Shown here: positions 25,650 through 38,384 of the stretch, in pieces | Position numbering within the stretch: the first letter of the stretch is position 1 | How the letters are laid out: each line of letters starts with the position of its first letter | DNA from: Octopus bimaculoides | Taxonomy: Eukaryota | Length of the DNA: 52,286 bases | Assembly (NCBI RefSeq): GCF_001194135.2 | Contig: NC_068999.1 | Span: 31,073,734-31,126,019 of the forward strand | Reading direction: 5' to 3' | The notes under the pieces: generated by a model | The model's input: the letters and a program-made list of their open reading frames with translations, nothing else | Told to the model about the DNA's origin: nothing | Databases searched by the model: none | Position numbers and translations under genes: made by a program

Positions 25650-25965
25650 GGCTGAAACATTGAAGCCACTATCAACAACTTTCTTGTGCCAACCAAAGCC
25701 TTTTGAGTGGATTTGGTAGATGGAAACTGAAAGAAACCCATCGTGTGTGTGTGTGTGTGTGTGTGTATCTATGTTTGTCTCCAACCACCACTTGACAACC
25801 AGAGCTGGTGTGTTTATGTCCCAGTAGCTTAGCAGTTCAGCAAAGAGACCAATAAATATATATAAAAAAAGTACTGGGATCAATTCATTCAACTAAAATC
25901 CTTAAAGGTGGTGCCCCAGAGTGGTCACAGTCAAATAACTGAAACAAGTAAAAGAATAAGAGAAT
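25650..25965 (+). mobile_element. tRNA-derived SINE (head degraded)
   Basis: CCAAAGCCTT..GAGTGGATTTGGTAGA.GGAAACTGAAAGAA, internal (GT)n, tail shared with 49836-50275. Confidence 0.75.
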
Positions 25966-25974
25966 ACATTCCTT

Positions 25975-26184
25975 TATTCTTTTACTTGTCTCAGTCATTT
26001 GAGTGCAGTCATGCTGGAGCACCACCTGCAAGGGTTTTAGTCAAAGAAATCGACCCCAAGACTTGTTTTTTTAAGCTTAGTACTTATTTCATCGATCTAT
26101 TTTGCTGAACCGCTAAGTTACTGGTATGTAAAGTCACCAACACTGGTTGTCAAGCAGTGATGAGTGGACAAGCAGACACAAAGG

Positions 26185-26200
<16 letters not shown>
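25975..26200 (-). mobile_element. SINE 3' portion, inverted relative to the preceding copy
   Basis: Reverse complement aligns to 25781-25965. Confidence 0.75.
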
Positions 26201-26237
<37 letters not shown>

Positions 26238-26256
26238 AACAATATATATATATATA

Positions 26257-26445
26257 TCATCATCATCATCATCATCGTTTAACGTCCGCTTTCCATGCTA
26301 GCATGGGTTGGACGATTTGACTGAGGACTGGTGCAACCGGATGGCTACACCAGGCTCCAATCTAATTTGGCAGAGTTTCTACAGCTGGATGCCCTTCCTA
26401 ACGCCAACCACTCAGAGAGTGTAGTGGGTGCGTTTACGTGTCGCC
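26257..26445 (-). mobile_element. RTE LINE 3' end
   Basis: (CAT)n CGTTTAACGTCCGCTTTCCATGCTAGCATGGG is the reverse complement of the tail at 2500-2560; runs into a gap. Confidence 0.85.
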
Positions 26446-27715
26446 NNNNNNNNNNNNNNNNNNNNNNNNNNNNNNNNNNNNNNNNNNNNNNNNNNNNNNN
26501 NNNNNNNNNNNNNNNNNNNNNNNNNNNNNNNNNNNNNNNNNNNNNNNNNNNNNNNNNNNNNNNNNNNNNNNNNNNNNNNNNNNNNNNNNNNNNNNNNNNN
26601 NNNNNNNNNNNNNNNNNNNNNNNNNNNNNNNNNNNNNNNNNNNNNNNNNNNNNNNNNNNNNNNNNNNNNNNNNNNNNNNNNNNNNNNNNNNNNNNNNNNN
26701 NNNNNNNNNNNNNNNNNNNNNNNNNNNNNNNNNNNNNNNNNNNNNNNNNNNNNNNNNNNNNNNNNNNNNNNNNNNNNNNNNNNNNNNNNNNNNNNNNNNN
26801 NNNNNNNNNNNNNNNNNNNNNNNNNNNNNNNNNNNNNNNNNNNNNNNNNNNNNNNNNNNNNNNNNNNNNNNNNNNNNNNNNNNNNNNNNNNNNNNNNNNN
26901 NNNNNNNNNNNNNNNNNNNNNNNNNNNNNNNNNNNNNNNNNNNNNNNNNNNNNNNNNNNNNNNNNNNNNNNNNNNNNNNNNNNNNNNNNNNNNNNNNNNN
27001 NNNNNNNNNNNNNNNNNNNNNNNNNNNNNNNNNNNNNNNNNNNNNNNNNNNNNNNNNNNNNNNNNNNNNNNNNNNNNNNNNNNNNNNNNNNNNNNNNNNN
27101 NNNNNNNNNNNNNNNNNNNNNNNNNNNNNNNNNNNNNNNNNNNNNNNNNNNNNNNNNNNNNNNNNNNNNNNNNNNNNNNNNNNNNNNNNNNNNNNNNNNN
27201 NNNNNNNNNNNNNNNNNNNNNNNNNNNNNNNNNNNNNNNNNNNNNNNNNNNNNNNNNNNNNNNNNNNNNNNNNNNNNNNNNNNNNNNNNNNNNNNNNNNN
27301 NNNNNNNNNNNATAAGGGCAGGGAATCGTCAATTAATAATAGAATTAATAATTAACAATTTTGCCAAGTAGTTCAGTATGAAAAAAACCTTTATCGGTAA
27401 AACCATTTATCATCATAAATATACAGGGATTAGCATTGAGTTGCTTCTCCAACATAAATATACAGCGATTGGGAGAATGTACGAAAAAACAACAACAGAC
27501 GAGGACAGGTGGTGTAAATAACAACGGCTTCACCAATTGCTTTCATACTTATAATGCATGAATAATTTGCCCTCTGACAAATAAAAGGCTGTTCATTTGA
27601 TTTTTTTATTAACAATTATTAAAAATAAAAAATATTGCTTTTTATCTTGCATTCACATCCTTCAAAGTTTTTAAAATATTTACTTCAGGTTTTCTAGTGT
27701 CAGTGATATAACATA

Positions 27716-29610
27716 TCTCTTTATGTATATCCCTCTATCCATCTCTCTCTATCTATCTCTATCTCTCTGTAACATATCTCTCTATCTATATCTCTAGTTT
27801 TCACTTTCATTTTTCAGACGCTATTTTTTTCACTTTCAATTTTCATACACCATTGTTTAACTTCCATGTTATTGTTTTCACTTTAAGTTGAAGTTTTCAG
27901 TCACTATTTATAAACAAACAACAACAAATTACTGTCAGAAAGAAGTTCACAATTACTGATTAAGTAATTTCCAAATTTACTGACAAAAGCCACACTCCTA
28001 ACAGGTGGAAGAACAGCTCATTCAACATTCAAGCTGCCTCTGAACCTCATCCAAAATGAATCTCCTTTATGCAACGTATCCAAGAATACAGCGATAAGAA
28101 AGCTCCTTACAGATGCCAAACTCATTGTTTGGGATGAGGCAACAATGTCCCATAAGGCAGCTTTTGAAGCACTTGATACAACACTACAACACTTGAGAAA
28201 CAATAAGAAGATCATGGGTGGTGTCACCCTCCTCATGGCTGGTGGCTTCAGGAAAACGCTGCCTGTCATTCCCAGAGGAACAAGGGCAGATGAGCTGAGA
28301 GCTTGCATCAAGTCCTCATATATCTGGAAACATGTCAAGCAGCTTCCTCTGGCAACCAACATGAGGGTTCACATTCATGGTGACTCATTAGCTGCACAGA
28401 TCTCCAACAACTTACTTGACATTGAAAATGGAAAACTTCCACAATGATCCACAAGTTCCAGAAGATAGTCTGCACCACCTCCCATGTGGCAATATGACAG
28501 CCTCCCTAAAAAGCAAGGTGTTTCCAAACATAGCCACAAACTATAAAAGTCACAAGTGGCTTTGTGAAAGAACAATTCTGGCACCAAGGAATAATGCTGT
28601 AGACAAGCTGAATCTAAATTTGTTGTCTCAGTTTCCAGGACCTGAATGTTCATACAGATCAATTGATTCTGTCCCTGATCAAGAACAGGCAATGCATTAC
28701 CCAGTTGAGTTCCTCAATTCACTTTGCCCACTAGGATTTTCACCAAACATTCTGATCATGAAAACAGATGCTCTGATAATGCTATTAAGAAACCTCGATG
28801 CACTCAGACTCTGCAATGGACCAAGATTAGTTGTTAAAACAGCCATGCCTCATGTGTCGGAAGCAACAATAATTACAGGCAATATGATGAGTAAGAATGT
28901 ATTCATTCCAAGGGTATCTCCCATCTCAAATGATCTCCCCTTACATTTCAAGAGACTACAGTTTCCTGTTAAACTCAGCTTTGCAATGTTTATCAACAAA
29001 GTACAAGGTCAATCTCTAAAGGTGGTGGGACTTAACCTCCTTCAACCTTGCTTCTCACGTGGTCATCTGTATGTTGGATGTTCTAGAGTTGGAGATGAAA
29101 AGAACCTCTACATTCTCAGTGATAAACATGGCAAGACAGAAAACACAGTATATGAAGAAGCACTTACATGCATAGTAGGTCCATGTCATATATAGAAGTG
29201 TAAAACCATTGAGTGTTAAAGTATTGCTCTTACACTTTCACTTTTTGACTGACATGCGTGAATGTATATCTGTGTGTATAAAAGTGAAACAATAACGTGA
29301 TATATTCATTGTCTGTTTGTGTGTGTGTGTGTGTGTGTAGCCTATGCACAGCATTTCATTACTTATAATCTGTACCTGTTTTTTGGTTACGAAATAAGTT
29401 AGACAAACATATATTTATTTCATGTATATATGAGTTGAAAACTTTCTTTTCACATTTCATTTAACATCTATATTCCATGCTGGCATGGGTTGCAAAGTTA
29501 TGTAGAAAATTGGTATCTCAGCTACTAGCAGTTGAGACCTGTGCAATCTAGACAGCATTTTTAAATTTCATTATTTTCTTTAACCCGGGCAACACCAGGT
29601 ATTTCTGCTA

Positions 29611-29611
<1 letters not shown>
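27716..29611 (+). mobile_element. Internally deleted Helitron carrying the Pif1 helicase C-terminal part
   Basis: Helicase motifs at about 27995-29170: GGRTAHSTFKLP, WDEATM, GGFRKTLPV (from GDFRQ), TNMRV, LAPRN, LRNL..LCNG, QFPVKLSFAMFINKVQGQSL, LYVGCSRV. 3' hairpin CCCGGGCAACACCAGG, then CTAG at 29608-29611 and T. The 5' A|TC start at 27716 is tentative. Confidence 0.88.
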
Positions 29612-29658
<47 letters not shown>

Positions 29659-30287
29659 NNNNNNNNNNNNNNNNNNNNNNNNNNNNNNNNNNNNNNNNNN
29701 NNNNNNNNNNNNNNNNNNNNNNNNNNNNNNNNNNNNNNNNNNNNNNNNNNNNNNNNNNNNNNNNNNNNNNNNNNNNNNNNNNNNNNNNNNNNNNNNNNNN
29801 NNNNNNNNNNNNNNNNNNNNNNNNNNNNNNNNNNNNNNNNNNNNNNNNNNNNNNNNNNNNNNNNNNNNNNNNNNNNNNNNNNNNNNNNNNNNNNNNNNNN
29901 NNNNNNNNNNNNNNNNNNNNNNNNNNNNNNNNNNNNNNNNNNNNNNNNNNNNNNNNNNNNNNNNNNNNNNNNNNNNNNNNNNNNNNNNNNNNNNNNNNNN
30001 NNNNNNNNNNNNNNNNNNNNNNNNNNNNNNNNNNNNNNNNNNNNNNNNNNNNNNNNNNNNNNNNNNNNNNNNNNNNNNNNNNNNNNNNNNNNNNNNNNNN
30101 NNNNNNNNNNNNNNNNNNNNNNNNNNNNNNNNNNNNNNNNNNNNNNNNNNNNNNNNNNNNNNNNNNNNNNNNNNNNNNNNNNNNNNNNNNNNNNNNNNNN
30201 NNNNNNNNNNNNNNNNNNNNNNNNNNNNNNNNNNNNNNNNNNNNNNATATATATATCAAAATAAGTAACAAGGATATCCAGAGGTAA

Positions 30288-30374
30288 TGCAGTACGATCA
30301 TTTCATGTAACTTCATTTAATTGAACAATGCAATCATTACATCAATTTAAAATGCAGAGCAATCCTCAGCTGCA
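30288..30374 (-). ncRNA. Type I hammerhead ribozyme motif with long stem II
   Basis: 5'-UGCAG CUGAGGA [58 nt, partly self-complementary: AAUUGA/UCAAUU, UGUAA/UUGCA] GAAA UGAUCG UA CUGCA-3'. Stem I is a perfect 5 bp; stem III is one transition from the palindrome CGAUCG; the base of stem II is imperfect. Confidence 0.62.
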
Positions 30375-31262
30375 CAAAGACATAGAATTTAATTAAATTA
30401 GAACAGATGGACACATTAGTATAATTATACCTAAAATCTCCAAGAAGTTAAGGAGATAGACAAAGAACATGCTGTCTTAGATATATATATATATATAACT
30501 ATAAATACAGGGGTAAAAATTATTAAATAATTTATATCAGTAGTTTGCTAAAAAATAGTAAGAAGACAAAAATGCTTTTAAATATAATAGTGTATGAAAT
30601 ATATATGGAGAGAAAACCACCATATGGATTTCTTATTTGCTAAAAATGGCAGTCAAAGCCTAAAACCACAAAAGAACATTCTTATATTAAAACACGTTGT
30701 TTGTATGTGAGCAAAACATTTGAGTGAATAAACATTTTAGTTAACCTTATACCCATGAGTTTCATTATTAATGACCAAATAAATCAACTAATAAGATAAT
30801 TAATTGATTAACTAATCATCTGTAGCTTGTCAGTAAGGTCGTTACGAAATGTATAAATATGAAACTTCAATACGTACTGAAAACACAAAGTAAGTTCCAT
30901 GTTTATACATCAAAGATTCACCTTAAATGCCCTAAAATCAATATGTTCAACCACGTGATTCTGCACTGAACCTGGAACCATGTGGTTGGGAAGCAACTAC
31001 ATGATACATAGACATGCACATATATGCATATACAAATATACATATGTCTGAAAGTATGCAAGTGTGTGCTTGTATGTGTGTGGGTGGAATTTGCTTTTAT
31101 TTGTGCTTCTCTGAAAATAGCGACAATGAAGATGCTGTTGCTGTTATTTCTTCTATTTCCTCTGCTGGCTTTGCATCTTTGAAAATGTGTGGAATAAGAG
31201 ATCCCTTAGTTGAAAAACAGGTAAAGTTTAATGAAAGGGAAGGTATCCAGCTATAAAATAAT

Positions 31263-31449
31263 CTTTTCTACTCTAGGCACAAGGCCTGAAATTTTGGGGG
31301 AGGGGGCCAGTCGATTAGCAACTGGTACTTAATTTATCGACCCTGAAAGGATGAAAGGTAAGTCGACTTTGGTGGAATTTGAACTCAGAACAGACGAAAT
31401 ACCACTAAGCATTTCATCCGGCATGCTAATGTTTCTGCTAGCTCGCCGC
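31263..31449 (-). mobile_element. tRNA-derived SINE with Meta-like central domain
   Basis: Head GCGGCGAGCTAGCAGAA, B box GAGTTCAAATTCC, core CCTTTCATCCTTTCAGGGTCGATAAATTAAGTACCAG. Confidence 0.72.
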
Positions 31450-31599
31450 TTTCCAACTGTAAAATAATGCCTCAATAACATACTCATTTAACCCATATTT
31501 ACTTGGAAAAATGGATGTAAAACTGGAAGGAAAAAGTGGATGAAGGAATTACAATGGAAAGGATGTAAAAATGGATGGAACTCATCATTATCATTATCA

Positions 31600-31960
31600 T
31601 CAACATTATTATTATCATTTAACTTTTGCCATCTATGCTGTCATTGTTTGGACAATTTGATAGGAGCTGACCAGGTAGAAAACTACCCCAGGCTGCTGTG
31701 TCTATTTTGGCAGGGTTTATATAGCTGGATGCCCTTCCTAACACCAACCACCCTGCAAAGTAGACTCAGTACAGGCAAAGTCAATTTGGCATGGTTTTTT
31801 ACAGTTGGATGCCCTTCCAAATGCCAACCACTTCACACTGTGGACTGGATACTTTTAACATGGCACCAGCACTGGCAGGGACACCAAGTAGCTTGCAAGA
31901 CAAGAAATTTTGGAAGAGGAGGGGGGGGATTGGAGGAGGGGATCTTGTGTCAGATGATAA
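31600..31960 (-). mobile_element. Decayed RTE 3' UTR fragment
   Basis: GCTGGATGCCCTTCCTAAC..CAACCAC motifs (two copies) and a preceding (CAT/TAT)n tail. Confidence 0.6.
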
Positions 31961-32038
31961 AAGATTAGAGTATGACAGAGAGACAGAGAGGCAAAAACAG
32001 GTATCTTGCTATAGAGGAGGCACGTGGTTACTCAGCTA

Positions 32039-32089
32039 GAGAGAAAGTGAGAGAAAGAGAGTGAGAGAGTGAGAGAGAGAAGAAGAGGG

Positions 32090-32180
<91 letters not shown>
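32039..32180. repeat. (GA)n microsatellite
   Basis: Direct reading. Confidence 0.95.
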
Positions 32181-32181
<1 letters not shown>

Positions 32182-32976
32182 TGGTGGGAAAACTATCAGG
32201 AACAATTTCAGGTAGATGTACATTTCTCAAAATGTCAACTTCAAATAATGAAATATTTTTCTACAAGATATAAGACCTCTAAAATGGCATGCTATGAAAA
32301 TAAAATCAAACAGTTGTTTCCTCTGCGGGTAAAAGACAAGCATGAGAAAAGAATATGTTTATATTGCAATAACTTAAAGATATCGAAATGGAATAAAGTG
32401 AAGCAATAAATCAGGAGTAGGGACCTGGTATTAAAATACTGAAACAAGTTTAAATACCACAACTGTTTTTTTTTTTTTTTAGCTGTAGAACTCAAAGTAG
32501 ACAAAGCTATGAATAACAGACTGTAAATATTGGCTTAAAAGATCTTTTTTGGATAGGAAAAGTCGAAGGCTGCCATCCATAAAGGTTTTTTTAGACCAAT
32601 ATTTACAGGCCATTATTTATAGCCTCCTCTACTTTGAGTTTTATGATTAAAACCAAAATTTTGAGATTAAAAAAGAAAATTAATTATTTCCTGTCCCTCA
32701 AGATTTCTAAACTCCTATGATATAAGTCAAGATCTAAAAGACTTATGATGTTCCAGATGTGACTATCCTGTTTCTAATCAGACATAGTTTATTGAAGGAA
32801 ACTTTACTGTTGTCTACAGCAGATCAACTGTCAACATAAGAGCATTCTCATTAGTTCATTGCAATATAAAGGGTGTGATATGCAGATCTACCACTATTAT
32901 CTCCCAAACAATACAATTAATAGCAAGTATTCAATCATCAAGAAATTGGGAAATTAATAAATAGTGATCAGCTTAA

Positions 32977-33186
32977 CTCTTTAACATTCAGCGCATTGTC
33001 AAATGTTATGCTTATTTATCCACGTTGCTTTGAATTAATCATGCATTATCTTGTACCTTTGATGATATGATTGTTTATTTTTAGAATAACATTGTAGTGT
33101 AGGTGCAAGAGGCTGGATTTGGCCGGTTTGAACATAAAACACATAGAATATTTAGGCCAGGAACGGCCAGTTTGAATGCTAAAATG
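32977..33186. mobile_element. piggyBac-type MITE (degenerate)
   Basis: TTAA at 32973-76 followed by CTCTTTAACATTC; the right end GAATGCTAAAATG is an imperfect reverse complement; right TTAA not preserved. Confidence 0.5.
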
Positions 33187-34129
33187 ACAAGCATGTTTCA
33201 ATATTTATGTGGAAAAGATAATTTCTGGTTTAACTTGAGAAATACTGTTAGATTGTCAGTTAGAAGTGAAAGCAAACTTAGCAAGGATATGTGAAGAAGA
33301 ATGAGAGAGAGAGAGAGAGAGAGAGAGGCTGCTATTTTCCTAACTTCTGATGTTTATGACTTTGGTATTCCAGCTGGAAATATGTTTTGTTGTCTTCAAT
33401 ATGAAGATTAACTGAAAGTTTCTATAAAGATAGCATAGCGGAACACTGCTAAGATAGACTGCACTTTATACAGCTTTTAAAAAAATGTCATTTTAAGCTG
33501 TAGAAGATATATTGTGTCACAGAGTTCATTTATGAAACCTTTAAAGAGGTTTACAGTAAATCTTGTTTTTCTCAAAGAAAATGGCTCTGAATAACAGCAA
33601 GCTTTAAACTATGAAATGTTGAGTGTTGGATCCAAGAAATACACTTTAAGTTACAGCAATAATTGCAAGTTCTTACCAGGGTTATGGTGAAGTAAAGGCA
33701 TTTTCATAGCCTTTCTTAATAGATAAAGCTGCTTAAAGTTATGGATAACTATTATAAGTTTTTGTTTTACTTTTAGATTCACAGCATTCAAGCTGGTCAC
33801 TAACAAGGAGATAAGGCTCTTTTCTTTGTGTCAAGACAGTTCCTGGAATTTGTAAATATGTGAATGAATTATATATGAGGATATACTTGCATTCTTGCAA
33901 TGAATGTACATGTCACTTTAGTGCACAAATGTGTTTCACTGCTCTTTATTCATGTGTATCTGTATGTAAATGCAATTGTGTACATATGTTTATTCCAGGG
34001 AACTCAAATCAAAAATCCTTGGAATGTTTGACAATTTTTTTCTGTATCACATATCAACTGTATATGGTGGTTGCAATTCTGTTTGTTTTCTTCTTTCTTG
34101 AAGAATTTCAGCACTTCTAGGATTTTATG

Positions 34130-36000
34130 CAAATCGTTTATTACAGATCTCCATGACTCAATGCTAATAGGTACAAGTAAAAACGTAGTTGACAGCTTCA
34201 GTTCCTTAGGTGACCTAATCAGTAGAGGAGCAGAGTGCTCTGAAAGCATAGCAGCTAGAATAAGAACAAAGTACAAATTCCAGGACTGGATAAAATAGAG
34301 ATTCTCTCTTTGAGCTAAGGGCTGACAGTATGATGCATGTGTATGAAGTACAGTGCTGCATAATAATGAGATGTCAAAACTAAATGCAGAGTATGTGCAT
34401 AGGATGGAGAGAAACAGAGCAAACATGTTCCATTGGATTTGTAATGTTTGACAGCATGGGCAACATGGTACAGAGAAACTAATAGAAACCTTAGGTATAA
34501 GAGGGATCAAATGTAGTGTGCAAGAGAGACACCTACGAGAATAGGGTACGGGAAATAGTTATGAATGAATGATGGCATTTAAGTAAAAAGGCAACACACC
34601 AGGAGATCCAAACGGAAGAAAACTGTGGAAGTTGGAGATTGAGGGACAGGCAGGAGTGGTAAAAGCTGGTTTTGGGATATTGAATCTTACAAAGAAAATG
34701 ATGACAAAGAAATGCAGCAAAATGGCAAGATGCTGCATTGGAGAGAGTCTGTCCATGGAAATAAACTGGTACCATGGAAAGATGGTTGATGGTTTGGTTC
34801 TCAGGACCCTTTTATTTATCATAGTCCTCCAGGCTATAACAGAGGAATTTAAGACTAGTTACACTTGGGAGCCCCTCTATGCCAATGATATTGTTCTTAT
34901 AATAGAATCTCTATTAGAGATAAAATGCCAGGTATAGAAGCAAAAATTGGAATCTAAGGGCCTTAAAGTTAATTTAGCTAAAACTAGTTAGCAAGAAACA
35001 GACAAATTACTAATCTCTTCGGAGATATGTAGAAAAGGTGTTGGTAGACATTTCATTAGAATATACCCAGTGCAATCTATGGACATATAAGAGGTGCAGT
35101 GGAATCACAGGAAGATTAACAAAGAAAATAGTCTTGGCATGTGGCAGACATGCTGCTACAATAAACACTAAGAATGTACAAGAAATAAATTTCCTCATAT
35201 GTCCAAGAGAAACCTTAGAGCAAGGGTCTCCATTGTTGTCGATATCGACCTGTGGGGGTCGATGGGACTATTCAAGGGGTCGATAATGCACATCTACTTA
35301 ATTATCATTATTATTTATTTATTTTCTTGTACATACCTGGGGGTCGATGAGGGGTCAAGGATTCCATGAAGGGTCCGATGGTCTAAAAAGTTTGGGAACC
35401 CCTGCCTTAGAGGTAGTAGATAGTTTTTGTTACATAGGTGATCAAATTAGAAGTCGTGGAAGTTGCTCTGAAAGAGAAATTGCTAGAATAAGAACCAGCT
35501 GGGCAAAGTTCAGGGAGCTATTATATTTGTTAGTAACAAAGGGTTTCTCCCTGAGAATGAAAGGCAGTTTGTATGATGCCTGAGAACGGACAGATTACGA
35601 CATGGCAGTGAAACATGGGCTGTAACTGCATAGGAGATGTGAATGGTTGAAAGAAATGAAGCCAACATGCTCCACTAGATGTGTGATTTCAGCATGCAAG
35701 TAAAAGAGAGTGAAAATATTTTATGACAAAAATAAGGTATAAGTGGCATCAGATGTAGTGTGTAAGAGGGAAGACTATGTTAGTATGGTCATGTGATGCT
35801 TATGGATAAGGACAGTTGCATAAAGAAATGCCAATCTCTAACTGTGGAAGGAAATGTGTAGAAGGGGTAGACCCAGAATGATGTAGGGCAAAGTGGTGAG
35901 AAATGATCTTTATATGTTGAGCCTCACAGAGGAAATGACAAGAGATAGTAACATCTGACAATTTGCTGTACTCGAGAAGACATTAAGACAAGTAAGATTG
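34130..36000 (+). mobile_element. Cluster of decayed RTE fragments
   Basis: VDSFSSLGDLISRGAECSESIAARIR, FIIVLQAITEEFKT..LYANDI, EVVDSFCYIGDQI, AKFRELL..KGFSLRMKGSLYDA. Confidence 0.8.
35221..35404. mobile_element. hAT-type MITE inserted in RTE coding sequence
   Basis: Perfect 8-bp TSD CCTTAGAG at 35213-35220 and 35405-35412; imperfect TIRs CAAGGGTCTCCA / revcomp CAGGGGTTCCCA. Confidence 0.88.
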
Positions 36001-37599
36001 TGGCAAGGCATGCTGGCATGTCCTTTATGACCAGGTCCTCACACACACACACACAATTTTTCCCTTGTCAAAACTCCCCAATGACATTTCTTCCCAACAC
36101 TCCCTTCCTCTACCCATGATCACCACCTGGTGCAGCTCCCTCCATTCTGTTAGGACATATATCAATAAAACCTATTAATTAAACATTTCAAAACCAACAT
36201 TTTTTACTGAAGCAGAACAAAATTCAAGGAGGCTTGTATTTGCATAAAGGATACTTAGCCATGTGCATACAAGGGGTTAACAATTCGGTTCTTTGTTCAA
36301 ACTATTACTGCCTTGAGTTTTAATATGTGTGGGTGGGTGTCTATGTGTGCATATGTGTATATATGTGCATATATATGCATGTATATATATGCATGTATGA
36401 GTGAGCCTATGTGTATATGTATACATCTCTACAGGTGCATGCAATAAGAATATTTCTAAAGTCATAAACTTATTTGTTCAGCTATATTTTCTACTTACTG
36501 ATTTTCTGTTAATACCCATATCAGTCATGGAATCTGAATTAAATCATATATTCCCAGTTATTTTAATTTCTCTCATAACAAATAAATGTAACTTAAATCT
36601 TAATTATTTAGTTCAAGCAAAATTTTAATTTTGGGGTTTGCGAGGTGTTTGGTTTGTGTTGCATTAACTTGTGATACTAGAGGTGCTAAATAAGTGTTAG
36701 CTAGTAAGAACTGTATGTTAGCTTAATGTATAAGTGAATATTAACTATACTACTTGATTTTAAATATGTAAGAGCTGAATTTAATAGTATCAATTAATAT
36801 CAAATAAATGATAAATTGTACATGTGTCAGCTCATAGGACTTATATGTTAGCTAATATTATTACATGGTATATAGCATTGTTTTGTTGAATGACTGATAT
36901 CAATTATGTGGCAAATACATGTGGATTGGCTGATTTTGCTCATATTTGCTGATATCGTTGTTGTTGTTGTTGTTTAATCTCACATCACCTCTGATCCAGC
37001 AGACATTCCAACCCTGATGTCTCATCTTTTATGTAGACAGAGGGCTACATAATTAAATGTGGCTATTTTAAAGATAGCTAGATGTTATTTTAGGTATATC
37101 TGGCTGCTATTTCTAGCAGATTGAATGGCCACACCTCTCTTATTGGTTCACTTCTACGTTACTTTCTGTCTACCAAATTCCGGTCAGAAGACTTTGGTCA
37201 ACCTGAAGGATCCAAGTTGCTGCACACTGGACTCAAGTATGAGACCATGAAGTGACAGAGTGAATGTATTATGTTTATCTCAGTTCCATTGTTTATACAA
37301 AATCATCATGTATCAACTGTGGGACTTTATTCCATTCACAGACAAGTTTGCAAGAATCTCAGAAAACAGCAATTCTGGGTCTGTAACTGTTAAAATTCTT
37401 GGAAAGTATTGTTAATCGAGAATGTATGGACATCTTGTCAATCTATGATTCTCTCTGTTATTCTAGAATATGTCTATATATGTTTGTCAATCTGTGATTC
37501 TCTGAAAGTATTCTGTTATTTTAGAATATCTGCATGTCTTGTCAGTAGTATCTCATTCTTTGTGATAAATGATTGGAAAACCTTTAAGTAAAAATATAT

Positions 37600-37815
37600 C
37601 ATTGTCGTTATCGTTGGCGGTGGCGGTGGCGTCAGTTGCGGCGGCGGTGGTGGCAGCAGCAGCAGCAGCAGCACCACCACCACCACCACCACCACCACCA
37701 CCACCAGAGCCGCCGCCACCACCACCACCACTGCCATCCCACCACTTTCATTATAACCGTTTAGCTCAGTGTTGCATTATCATAATGATTGTCATCATCA
37801 TCTTCATCGTCATCA
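37600..37815. repeat. Compound triplet repeat (GGC)(GCA)(CCA)(CAT)
   Basis: Direct reading. Confidence 0.9.
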
Positions 37816-38384
37816 TTGTTATCAATTTCAATAGAATTAATGAAGAATTAATGAGAATCTTAACAGAATATTCTCCCATCATAAGATTAGAAATATTTTT
37901 GGCAGAATTCTTCCAAGAATCAATTAGAAATCACATTTTTCAATGTCTTTTATTTAAAATACAATCAAAATCCAGTGAACTCTGTAATTTCTCGTTAATT
38001 ATCCAAGATGAGAGGAATAGATGAAATAATTTCAGAACTAATGAAAATGGCAGGAAATATTCTTCCTCATCAAATTATGGTACAAATATATTCCATAATG
38101 TTGAAGGCTATCAAAGATATTTTGAATTGCATCATTTGTTGTTGTTAGTATTGTTATTTAACCCCAGCTCAGGCCTGATCCACACATCTATCAGTAAAGG
38201 TGTTCTTGTTATGTTCTTATTTTATTCAAACACAGTGTATCTAAGACTACATTTGCCAATGTATTCTTTTTATTACATGATTTAAGTAATTTAAAGGAGA
38301 TTTAGTTGTTATTACTAGCAGATAGACTAACCCCATCTATGCTTAGTATTCTCCACTACCTACTCCCTAGTAGTGTGTATATAT

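Noticed and set aside
21474-30316. Long ORFs made mostly of X in the ORF track
   Set aside because: They are read-through of N-gaps; only the 24886-23782 portion has real coding signal.
37516-38024. Poly-Ala/poly-Pro ORF
   Set aside because: Explained by compound triplet microsatellites.
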